Below, in pieces: positions 24,758-32,572 of a stretch of 51,585 bases of DNA (position 1 is its first letter; each line of letters begins with the position of its first letter). Origin of the DNA: a bacterium (GTDB taxonomy: Bacteria; Zhuqueibacterota; Zhuqueibacteria; Residuimicrobiales; Residuimicrobiaceae); contig DAOOPF010000006.1 in the NCBI GenBank assembly GCA_035388125.1, positions 1 through 51,585 on the forward strand, given 5' to 3'. The position numbers and the translations under genes are program-made. The notes beneath the pieces are model-generated. The model did not search any database and was not told where the DNA came from. It saw only the letters and a list, made by a program, of their open reading frames with translations.

Positions 24758-26254
24758 CTACTTGAGCAGGCTTTCGTCGAAGACCTGGGTCTCATAGAGC
24801 AGGATTTTCGCCCCTTCCCGCCAGCCATTGGCGGGAAGACCGGCCTTCTGGCAGAGGCTGGCCATCTCCTCCTCCTTGCTCTTCCAGCCGGCTTCGAGTG
24901 GCACTTCAGGCAGATAGGTGGCAGCGCGGCTGCCTTTGATGAGGATGATGCCGTGTTTGCCCATGACGAAATCATCAATACTTTCAGCTTCATAGACATC
25001 GGTCAGATAGACCGATATTTTGATTTTGATCTTGTCCAGCTCATCCATCTGCAGGGGCATGAAGCGCGGATCCTCAAAGGCAGCGGCCACCGCCCGGTCC
25101 GGTACAGCCAGGTAGAGCGGCTTGTCGGCCTCGTGCATGCCGATGCAGCCGCGCAGCGCCCCGTTTCTGGTGATGGTCACAAACACTCCCCGCTTCTCCT
25201 GCAGCACCGGAAGAGAGCTGTGCAGCTCCGGCATGGTGCCATGCTTCAAGTAATGCTTGATGCTTTCCCTGGCAGAGCGCAATAGTTCGATTTGTGCGTT
25301 GACGGGCAAAGGCTGAAATTGCTGTCTGTTCATTGCTTTCTCCTGCAGATAGAAGAGTCCTGCGGCATAGCCCACAATATATCCGCTTTTGTCGCCGGTG
25401 ACATCGCCGGAGTTGGTGCGTGCAACTATTTTGCCGTTGCAGCGGCCGCGCTCGAGTGCGGCCACCTGCATCACAGCAAGCGGTGTTCCGCCGCACGCCT
25501 GATACTGTCCGGATTCCATTCCCGCATGAAGCGCGCGCGGCTCCATGCGGGTGATGGCTGCGAGGGTGGCCGCATCGCTTGCAAGACCCGCATCATAGGA
25601 GTAGCCGTGATAGAGGTCCGTACTGGCAATGATGAGCGCTTTGCGCTGCGCAAGCAGGCTTCCCAGCGCCTTTCCCATCTTTGCGCAGGATTCCCAGTCA
25701 CAGGCCCCAACCATGATGGGCAGAAGCGGAGTCCCCGGAAAGAGGTGTTGCACAAAGGGAAGCTGGACTTCCAGACTGTGCTCCCGCGGCCCATGTCCTG
25801 TCGATGAGAGGCGAAAGAAGCGGCAGGAGGCGCTGAGGCGGGTTGCAGCCTGACTGTCGATCTCCACACGCCCCAGCGGGGTCTCGTAGGCCTGGCCGGG
25901 ATAGATGGTGGCACCGGTGAAATACTCCTGGTGGCTGGGGGCAAGAATCACGATCAAGTCATAGGAGCGGCCTGATACGGCCTTGTAGGCGGCCGCCGCC
26001 GTGCGGGCGGAATAGAGATAGCCTGCGTGCGGCGCGCAGAGACCGAGGATCTCGCTCGGGACAGCCGCTGCCGGCGCCTTGGCGAGGTAATGCGCTATTT
26101 CGGCGCGGAGCTGCGCACCATCACCGGGATAGAATTGTCCGGCGACGGCGGCTGTGCGGATTGGGCCCGTTTCCGCCCCCGACAGGCCGCCCGGATTCAT
26201 CAAAAGCAGAGCCCCCAACCATACTTGAAGTGATGCTTTATATGTCATGCGCAT
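24758..26254 (-). CDS. fusion of MEMO1-like (AmmeMemoRadiSam protein B) and AMMECR1 (protein A) modules with an N-terminal Sec-like signal peptide
   Basis: The start at 26254 or 26248 (MRMTYKASLQVWLGALLLMNPGGLSGAE) is preferred over 26332, which would overlap the upstream gene. Memo motifs: AVAGQFYPGD, LCAPHAGYLYS. AMMECR1 motif: GVFVTITRNGALRGCIGMHE. Confidence 0.75.
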   Translation of the reverse strand: MRMTYKASLQVWLGALLLMNPGGLSGAETGPIRTAAVAGQFYPGDGAQLRAEIAHYLAKAPAAAVPSEILGLCAPHAGYLYSARTAAAAYKAVSGRSYDLIVILAPSHQEYFTGATIYPGQAYETPLGRVEIDSQAATRLSASCRFFRLSSTGHGPREHSLEVQLPFVQHLFPGTPLLPIMVGACDWESCAKMGKALGSLLAQRKALIIASTDLYHGYSYDAGLASDAATLAAITRMEPRALHAGMESGQYQACGGTPLAVMQVAALERGRCNGKIVARTNSGDVTGDKSGYIVGYAAGLFYLQEKAMNRQQFQPLPVNAQIELLRSARESIKHYLKHGTMPELHSSLPVLQEKRGVFVTITRNGALRGCIGMHEADKPLYLAVPDRAVAAAFEDPRFMPLQMDELDKIKIKISVYLTDVYEAESIDDFVMGKHGIILIKGSRAATYLPEVPLEAGWKSKEEEMASLCQKAGLPANGWREGAKILLYETQVFDESLLK

Positions 26255-26298
26255 CCCCCCAGTAAAAGATAATATAAGCCATTTTCCAGATCTTGTTG

Positions 26299-27414
26299 TC
26301 ATGTCCATACTCCCGGAATCCTGGCTTTGCACTCCGGGCAGAGTGAGGATTTGATCCTGTTTTCAACGATGGTGTAGCCGAGCCGGCGGATGAGCAGTGC
26401 GTGACAGGCGGGACAGAAGGTGTTCTCGCCCTCATCGCCGGGGAGATTACCGGTGTAGACGAAATGCAAACCGGCCTCCAGCGCGATTTTTCTCGCCCCC
26501 TGCAGGGTTTTTACCGGTGTTGGCGGCAGGTTGGTCATCCGGTATTGGGGATAAAAGCGGGTGAAATGAACGGGTACTTCCACCCCCAGCTCGGAAGCGA
26601 TCCACCGGCAGAGGGAGGTCAGCTCGGCCTGGCTGTCATTTTCGCCCGGGATGACCAGGTATACGATTTCGAACCAGATTTGTTCCTGCCGCAGCAGTAC
26701 AAGCGTATCAAGGACAGGGCGCAGTTCCCCTGCGACGAGATCGCGATAAAACCGTTCGCTGAAGGCCTTGAGATCAATTTTGACGGCGGAGAGGACTCGG
26801 CACAGGTCGAGCATGGGTTCTTTACGGATATAGCCGTTGGAGATCATCACGCTGCGAATGCCCTGACGCCGTGCCATGAGGGCGATGTCGTGCATGTATT
26901 CGGCAAAGACGACCGGTTCATTGTAGGTGCAGGCGATCACCGGGCACCCCTCTTTCCGCGCCAGATCCGCCATCTGGCCGGGCGAGATCTCCATCGATTC
27001 CAGCTGTTCGGGGCGTGTCTGGGAGATCTCCCAATTCTGGCAGAACTTGCAAAAAACATTGCAGCCGGCGGTGCCGAGAGAAAGGGCCCGGCTGGAGGGC
27101 AGAAAGTGGAAGAGCGGCTTTTTCTCAATCGGATCGACATGGAGGGAGCAGGGTCTGCCATAGACCAGGGAGTAGTAGGTGCCGCCCCGGTTCTCTCTCA
27201 CGCCGCAGTAGCCCCGCTCGAGATCGTCGATAACGCAGCTGCGGGGACAGAGGGTGCAGCGGATTTTGCGATGGGGCAGTTTTTCATAGTAGCGCGCCTC
27301 GACCCCCTCCCCATCTGCGCCCGGGACGCGAGCGGCCGGGGCGGCGCGCCCTGCAGCCGCCAGGAGTGGGGCGGCACAGGCAACCGAACCGATGAAGGCT
27401 CTGCGCGTGATCAT
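26299..27414 (-). CDS. AmmeMemoRadiSam-type radical SAM enzyme with a twin-arginine-like N-terminal leader
   Basis: ORF 26299..27723 trimmed to the ATG at 27414, which follows GGAGGA. The leader is MITRRAFIGSVACAAPLLAAAGRAAPA. Other motifs are KIRCTLCPRSC, DPIEKKPLFHF and GCNVFCKFCQNWEIS. Confidence 0.75.
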   Translation of the reverse strand: MITRRAFIGSVACAAPLLAAAGRAAPAARVPGADGEGVEARYYEKLPHRKIRCTLCPRSCVIDDLERGYCGVRENRGGTYYSLVYGRPCSLHVDPIEKKPLFHFLPSSRALSLGTAGCNVFCKFCQNWEISQTRPEQLESMEISPGQMADLARKEGCPVIACTYNEPVVFAEYMHDIALMARRQGIRSVMISNGYIRKEPMLDLCRVLSAVKIDLKAFSERFYRDLVAGELRPVLDTLVLLRQEQIWFEIVYLVIPGENDSQAELTSLCRWIASELGVEVPVHFTRFYPQYRMTNLPPTPVKTLQGARKIALEAGLHFVYTGNLPGDEGENTFCPACHALLIRRLGYTIVENRIKSSLCPECKARIPGVWT

Positions 27415-27487
27415 ATATTCCTCCAGCGTGGTTCTCCCCTCCCGACCGGGGTGGGCGGGAGCGGCATCGGGTACAGGTCTATTCTGT

Positions 27488-28453
27488 TCATACCTGTACG
27501 ATCTCGATCTGTTCCGGATCGGCGATGCCCAGCCCTGTTCGAGCAGCTGATTGGATATAGGAGGGCTCGCGGCCGGCATCGCGAAGAGAGGGCATTCCGG
27601 CCTGCCGGCGCTGGTCTTCAACGATCCCCCAGGCGACGCTGTCCATCGCCACCATATCGGTCGCCAGGAGCAGACGCTGGAGGGGCCAGCACCACTGCGG
27701 CATGTAGGGTGGTCCGCCTTCATACTGGGCGGTGATGGCGTCGCAGATGGTCAGCCTGGTCTTGTCGCGAAGGAGCGGTATACGGCAGAGGTCGGCGACA
27801 TAGGGATCGCCGCAGTGGTCGTGGTATTTGTTGGGATTATCGATGGCGCCGAAATAATTCTTCATGGCGGCGCTCAGGCCGACGATGCCGTGGTCTTTCA
27901 GAACGGGCAGGTTGATCAGGGCAGTGCACATGCCGGCGACCAGATTGGAGAGGCGGCTGCACACCGATCCGCTTTCATAAAGCCGGCGCGAATAGCCAGC
28001 GACGTCGTTGCCGAAACAGCGCACACGGTCCGGCCCGGTGGCGATGGCGTATCCGCCCCGTTTGAGGTCGGCGTTGAGGCGGTCCCAGATGATGATCTGT
28101 TCCGGCTTGAGGCCGATTTCGAGCAGACGGTCGACGACGAGGTCGGCCAGTACGGGGTTGGTCGAGATGCCGCGCCCGGCGAGGCAATTGACCTTGAGGC
28201 CGACAACATCCCGGGGTGAAAAGAGGCTGGACCACGCCTGGCGGGCCGGCAGACCGAGAAGAGCCTCCAGGCCGCGGTCCAGTGCGCCGCCAAGACCCTG
28301 CAGGTCAGGCTTACGCAGATCGACAGCGGTGCGGGCCAGGACCACGCGCGCCTTGCCGGTCCCATTCGACTCCGGCCTCTGCCCGGAACCGTGGAGCAGA
28401 CAGGTGCCGAGCCCCATCAGGCTTCCGGTATGGAGGAACTGCCGTCTGTTCAT
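27488..28453 (-). CDS. DUF362-family protein with a twin-arginine signal
   Basis: MNRRQFLHTGSLMGLGTCLLHG leader. VVGLKVNCLAGRGISTNPVLADLVV and LINLPVLKDHGIVGLSAAMKNYFG resemble PF04015. Confidence 0.7.
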   Translation of the reverse strand: MNRRQFLHTGSLMGLGTCLLHGSGQRPESNGTGKARVVLARTAVDLRKPDLQGLGGALDRGLEALLGLPARQAWSSLFSPRDVVGLKVNCLAGRGISTNPVLADLVVDRLLEIGLKPEQIIIWDRLNADLKRGGYAIATGPDRVRCFGNDVAGYSRRLYESGSVCSRLSNLVAGMCTALINLPVLKDHGIVGLSAAMKNYFGAIDNPNKYHDHCGDPYVADLCRIPLLRDKTRLTICDAITAQYEGGPPYMPQWCWPLQRLLLATDMVAMDSVAWGIVEDQRRQAGMPSLRDAGREPSYIQSAARTGLGIADPEQIEIVQV

Positions 28454-28472
28454 AGGCTTCCGCCGGGTGAAA

Positions 28473-28515
28473 TAAAAAACCGTGATCCCCTCGCAGACCG
28501 CACGAGATCACGGTT
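28473..28515 (-). terminator. rho-independent terminator after the PAS/GAF gene
   Basis: 10-bp stem aaccgtgatc / gatcacggtt (28478-28487 / 28506-28515) with an 18-nt loop. On the minus strand it is followed by TTTTTTATTT. Confidence 0.65.
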
Positions 28516-28544
28516 GAACTGTCAGATATGCGGTCGTATGCCGG

Positions 28545-30803
28545 TCAGCGCAGGAAGCGGTCCACTAGCCTGCGCAGTCCGGTGCTGTTTTCTTCCGGAT
28601 ATTCCATCTCCGCTGAATCTGGTCCGGCTTCGGGCTCTGGTTCAGCCGGAGGTTCTGCACTCTGCGGCCTTTCTTTAGCCTGGACATAGAGCATCCGGTT
28701 GTCGATGGCGATCCCCACCTGGTTGGCGAGGATTTCAAGGATATGAACGCTTTCGGTGGTCGGAAGTTTACCGTCAGCCGGGTCATCGGCGAGGATGAAA
28801 CCGATGATTTTGCCTTCGCGCGACTTGATGGGCACGAGCAGCAGGGCATAGCGCGGCCAGCCATCCGCATAGTGGCCATTGCTGAGATTGCCATAATAGA
28901 TCTGTTTGAGATGGCTCAGCACCTCCTCTTCGCTGCTGATCAGAAAGGACTTGCCGCGGCGATACTCTTCGCGCAGGAGCGCGCTGAAATCGCGCAGATC
29001 GAAGGTGAGTTCCTGGATCTGCCCGAGTTTGATGCGATCGTCGCAGGCGACCGCCTTGGTTTCGAGCTGTCCACTCTTCTTGCTGATGAGAACGAGCGAG
29101 ACCAGATTGAATTCGAGGGAGAATTTGACGGACCAGACCACCTCTTTCAACAGCTCGTTGAGGCTGAGGTAGAGTTTGAAGATATTGCTGTTGATAAGGA
29201 TCTGTTTCAGCCGGCGATTGCGGCGTTCGATGGTCGAGAAGCGGTAATAGTTTTCGATCACCATGGCTGACAGCTGGCTGAAAATCTCGAGATTGTGAAA
29301 GGTGGATCTGGCCGGGGTGACGCTGTCGAGGGGCTCGTCGAGGGAGATGTAGCCGAACTGGTGGCCGCGATGGTCGGCGAGGCGGAGCAGGACCAGATCG
29401 CGTGGATGCCAACGCGATTCGACTGCCGGCAGGTTCGCCTGCACAAGCGGCAGGGCCGGATTGTCGAGCGAGCCGGCAACGACGCTCTCCTGACTGTCAT
29501 AGATCACCTTGACCTGGGCTTTGTCGACAAAGAGGCGGTCGACTACCTCCTCCGGCACCTCGAGGGCTTTCTCCCTGGCTGCAGCGGCGCGCTCGTCACC
29601 ATAGCCGACCATGGCGTGTTTGGTGTAAGCCTTTTTACGGCGGTCGAGCAGGGCGACAGTAGAACGCTGAAAACCGAATATTTGGCAGACCACTTCACCT
29701 AACCGCTTGAGCAGAACATTGAGGGGCTCGGTATAGCTCATCTGCACAAGGTCGAAAAGGTGCCGGACCATGACGCCCTGGTCGATCTGGCTCTGATCAT
29801 CGGCCGTCTCTCTTTTCTCCGGAGCGACGAAAGTGACGCTGCCGCGAAAACCGATGATCCTTTTCTCCCTGGATTCGTCCCGCAGCATGCGGATTTTCAG
29901 GCTGACCGGCCGCTTTACTCCCACCTTGTCAATGAACTGGAGCTGGATGGGGAAAATATCCTGATCGGCCTGACCGGTGAATATATCATTAAAGAGGTGT
30001 TGTTCCTCATCGCGCGAAAGCAGGTCCGAGAGCGAGAGTTCGAGGAGCTCCTCCTCGGTATAGTTGAGCATGGTCTGCAGGGTTCTGTTGGCTGAAAGAA
30101 AGCGCCCGCGGCGATCACAGATAAAAAACCCTTCATCGGGCGCCTCGGCCTCCTTGACGCTGGTGCCGGCAGGAGCGGCTTTCGAAGCTGCGGCCGCAGC
30201 CCGTTCCCGGGCGGCCTGATCCGTCTCTTCGCGCTGGGCCTGGATCCGTGCGCGCTCTTTCCTGGCGGCCTCCTCCACTTCAGCCTGAAAACGTTCCGTC
30301 TCCAGACGCGCGGCTTCAGCCCGAAGGGCCTCCAGCCGTACGGCTTCGGCTCGGGCTGCATCTTCTTTCTCTTTGGCCAGGCGCAGAGCTTCCGCCTTTT
30401 CGGCCTCGGCGCGGGCTGCTTCTTCGAGCCTTTTCAGATGGCCGGCATGGCTTTGACGGATGGCTTCGGCCAGGGCGGTCAGAAAGCCCTTGCGTTTGTA
30501 GAGGAGGGTCACCGACCCATAGGATTGCAGCGCTTCGGCAAGCGACTCCTCGCTCTCTTCGATCATGATGATAGCCGGAACCTGGCGGCTCATGGCGCCG
30601 ATCTGATCCAGGGTCGCTGAGGGCTCGTCGCGGAGCAGAATACTGTCAATGACATAGACATCATCGAGCTTTTGCGCGCTCGAATCAAAAACCTCATTCA
30701 AAGAGGTGGCGCCTGTAAGATGAAAATCTTCTCCCTGGGCTCTAAGCAGCTGGCTGGTTGCGTCAAAGTAAGAGGTGATGGGGTGAGCTATCTGGATTTT
30801 CAT
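28545..30803 (-). CDS. output-less signalling protein: receiver-like N-terminus, Ala/Glu/Arg coiled coil, PAS, two GAF-like modules
   Basis: The receiver-sized N-terminal domain shows no clear acidic pocket. It is followed by about 90 aa of EAARAEAEKAEALRLAKEKEDAARAEAVRLEALRAEAARLE..., then a PAS-like segment (FFICDRRGRFLSANRTLQTMLNYTEEELL), then two GAF-like regions. No kinase, cyclase or HTH domain was recognised. Confidence 0.6.
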   Translation of the reverse strand: MKIQIAHPITSYFDATSQLLRAQGEDFHLTGATSLNEVFDSSAQKLDDVYVIDSILLRDEPSATLDQIGAMSRQVPAIIMIEESEESLAEALQSYGSVTLLYKRKGFLTALAEAIRQSHAGHLKRLEEAARAEAEKAEALRLAKEKEDAARAEAVRLEALRAEAARLETERFQAEVEEAARKERARIQAQREETDQAARERAAAAASKAAPAGTSVKEAEAPDEGFFICDRRGRFLSANRTLQTMLNYTEEELLELSLSDLLSRDEEQHLFNDIFTGQADQDIFPIQLQFIDKVGVKRPVSLKIRMLRDESREKRIIGFRGSVTFVAPEKRETADDQSQIDQGVMVRHLFDLVQMSYTEPLNVLLKRLGEVVCQIFGFQRSTVALLDRRKKAYTKHAMVGYGDERAAAAREKALEVPEEVVDRLFVDKAQVKVIYDSQESVVAGSLDNPALPLVQANLPAVESRWHPRDLVLLRLADHRGHQFGYISLDEPLDSVTPARSTFHNLEIFSQLSAMVIENYYRFSTIERRNRRLKQILINSNIFKLYLSLNELLKEVVWSVKFSLEFNLVSLVLISKKSGQLETKAVACDDRIKLGQIQELTFDLRDFSALLREEYRRGKSFLISSEEEVLSHLKQIYYGNLSNGHYADGWPRYALLLVPIKSREGKIIGFILADDPADGKLPTTESVHILEILANQVGIAIDNRMLYVQAKERPQSAEPPAEPEPEAGPDSAEMEYPEENSTGLRRLVDRFLR

Positions 30804-30859
30804 GCCACCGTTTCTCCCGTTTTCCCGTCACAGCACGTGGTCGGCCATATTTATGCGTA

Positions 30860-30888
30860 AAATTAACAAAACTTTAAAAATAAGTCAA
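30860..30888 (-). promoter_or_regulatory. sigma-70-type promoter for the PAS/GAF gene
   Basis: The minus strand reads TTGACT (30883-30888), a 17-nt spacer, then TAATTT (30860-30865), in an AT-rich spacer about 55 nt upstream of the ATG at 30803. Confidence 0.5.
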
Positions 30889-30932
30889 GCTTTTAAATAA
30901 TTTATTCTTCACTCCGGTGCCGCAGCACATGC

Positions 30933-31682
30933 TCAGCTGGCAATAAAAAGTGAGTTCACCCGGCTACGCAGGAATTTTCCGCTGGTTTGACCCAGTTTCT
31001 GTTTGCTGAAGAGCCGTCGGTTGTGCGGCGCGACGATGAGATGGCTGATCCGGATGGTGGCGGTGATCTCCAGAATGCGTGTCACCGGCGCTCCGGAGAG
31101 GGCCAGGGTTTCAGCGGCTGCTCCTCTGGCTTCGACGAGGGCGCAGCCCTGTTCGAGAATTGAGAGAGCCTGGTTTGGATCATCGCCGGTGTGAATGAGC
31201 AGGTAGCGCAGCCGGGAACGGCTGAAGAGCTGAAGATGGAGCTTGAGAGCGCGCGACGCAGCGCTGGAGCCGTCCCAGGCCACGGCAATCACTTTCGATT
31301 CCGGGGGTGCCGTCGCAGGCAGAAAAAGCGGACATCCGCCGTCGGTGAGCATTTTAACCACCCGCTTCTCCATGCGGGCCGCGGATTTGGGCGCGAGATA
31401 GGGCAGCACCGCGAGATCGCTGGACCTGGACCACTCCAGGCTTGCGGAGAAGGGCAAAGCTGTGGTTGAGAGCACCTGGTAGGAGAGGCCGGCAGCCTCG
31501 GCGCGCTGCAAGGTCGGGCCGAGGAGAAGCTCACCCGTAGCCGCTCCGGCGTCGGCAGTTTTCTCCGCCAGGGGAAAGAGGAGCAGCTGGCTGCCATACC
31601 TGGCAGCGATAGAGAAGGCATGATCGGCCGCGATTTCCATCTGCGGCGAAGCGTCGACAAGGAGCAGGATCCGTTTCAGCAT
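30933..31682 (-). CDS. tandem universal stress protein (UspA-family) domains
   Basis: Trimmed to the ATG at 31682 (MLKRILLLVDASPQ), 1 nt after the upstream stop. There are two USP-like halves; the second begins KVIAVAWDGSSAASRALK. Confidence 0.55.
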   Translation of the reverse strand: MLKRILLLVDASPQMEIAADHAFSIAARYGSQLLLFPLAEKTADAGAATGELLLGPTLQRAEAAGLSYQVLSTTALPFSASLEWSRSSDLAVLPYLAPKSAARMEKRVVKMLTDGGCPLFLPATAPPESKVIAVAWDGSSAASRALKLHLQLFSRSRLRYLLIHTGDDPNQALSILEQGCALVEARGAAAETLALSGAPVTRILEITATIRISHLIVAPHNRRLFSKQKLGQTSGKFLRSRVNSLFIAS

Positions 31683-31683
31683 G

Positions 31684-32565
31684 TCACATATCCCCCTTGA
31701 GCTGGTGACGAAATGCCCTGATGTGGTCGGGTGTGGTCCCGCAGCACCCGCCGACAAAGCGGGCACCTGCCCCGATCAGTTCCGGCAGCTTTGCAGCCAT
31801 CATTTCCGGGGTCTCCCGGTAGCAGGTTTTGCCGTCGATGAGCTGGGGGAGTCCCGCATTCGGCTCGGAGAGGATCGGACCTTGCCAGTGCCGGGCCATC
31901 TCCCGGACGATGAGGATAGCGTCATCGATGCCGGTGCCGCAGTTGCAGCCCAAAACCGAGGCGCCCGCCTCAGCAAGCGCACCGGCAGCCTGGGAGATAT
32001 CGACGCCCATTAGGGTGCGGTAGCCGCGCTGTCCGGGCGAGAAGGTCAGGGAGACAAAAACGGGCAGATCGCAGACTGAGCGAGCGGCCTTGAGTGCAAG
32101 CAGGGCTTCGGTCAGATCGGACATGGTCTCGATAATGATCAGGTCCGCACCGCCGCTGGCGAGGCCTCTGGCCTGTCGGAGGAATCCCGCATGGATCTCC
32201 TCTTCGCTGAGGTCGCCCATCATGAGCATGGTACCGGTGGGACCGATCGAGCCGGCGACCCAGGCCTTGCTGCCGGCGGCTGCGCGGGCGATGGAAGCGG
32301 CCAGGCGGTTGATCTCCTCGGGGTCGCCCTCCACCCCGTCGGTCCGGAGCTTGTGCGGGGAGGCGCCGAAAGTGTTGGTGGTCAGGACCTGCGCGCCCGC
32401 ATCAAGGTATGCGCTGTGCACTGCGGCGACATGGTCCGGATGGAGCTGGTTCCAGCTCTCAGGAGAGGAGCCGATCGGGAGGCCGCGGGCTTGCAGCTGG
32501 GTGCCGATGGCGCCGTCGAAAAGCACAGGGCCCGCTTTCGCGGCGGAGAGGATATCTCTGTTCAT
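31684..32565 (-). CDS. homocysteine S-methyltransferase domain protein (MetH N-terminal module / MmuM-like)
   Basis: Trimmed to the ATG at 32565 (MNRDILSAAKAGPVLFDGAIGTQL). Motifs include GADLIIIETMSD, VLGCNCGTG and FVGGCCGTTPDHI. Confidence 0.75.
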   Translation of the reverse strand: MNRDILSAAKAGPVLFDGAIGTQLQARGLPIGSSPESWNQLHPDHVAAVHSAYLDAGAQVLTTNTFGASPHKLRTDGVEGDPEEINRLAASIARAAAGSKAWVAGSIGPTGTMLMMGDLSEEEIHAGFLRQARGLASGGADLIIIETMSDLTEALLALKAARSVCDLPVFVSLTFSPGQRGYRTLMGVDISQAAGALAEAGASVLGCNCGTGIDDAILIVREMARHWQGPILSEPNAGLPQLIDGKTCYRETPEMMAAKLPELIGAGARFVGGCCGTTPDHIRAFRHQLKGDM

Positions 32566-32572
32566 CTTGATC

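Noticed and set aside
26299-27723. Long N-terminal extensions in the ORF track for several genes: 26299..27723, 31684..32862, 32573..33832, 41514..43775, 45975..48266, 257..2866, 39605..40207 and 24758..26332
   Set aside because: The upstream parts overlap the preceding gene, terminator or promoter, are Pro/Arg/Ser-rich, and lack an SD. In each case an internal ATG with a good SD gives a canonical N-terminus (signal peptide or family-typical start).
30180-30430. Repetitive GC-rich DNA (gcggc/ttcggc/ctcggc motifs), considered as a tandem repeat or array
   Set aside because: It is the coding sequence of the Ala/Glu/Arg coiled-coil segment of the PAS/GAF protein. The period is irregular and there are no spacers.
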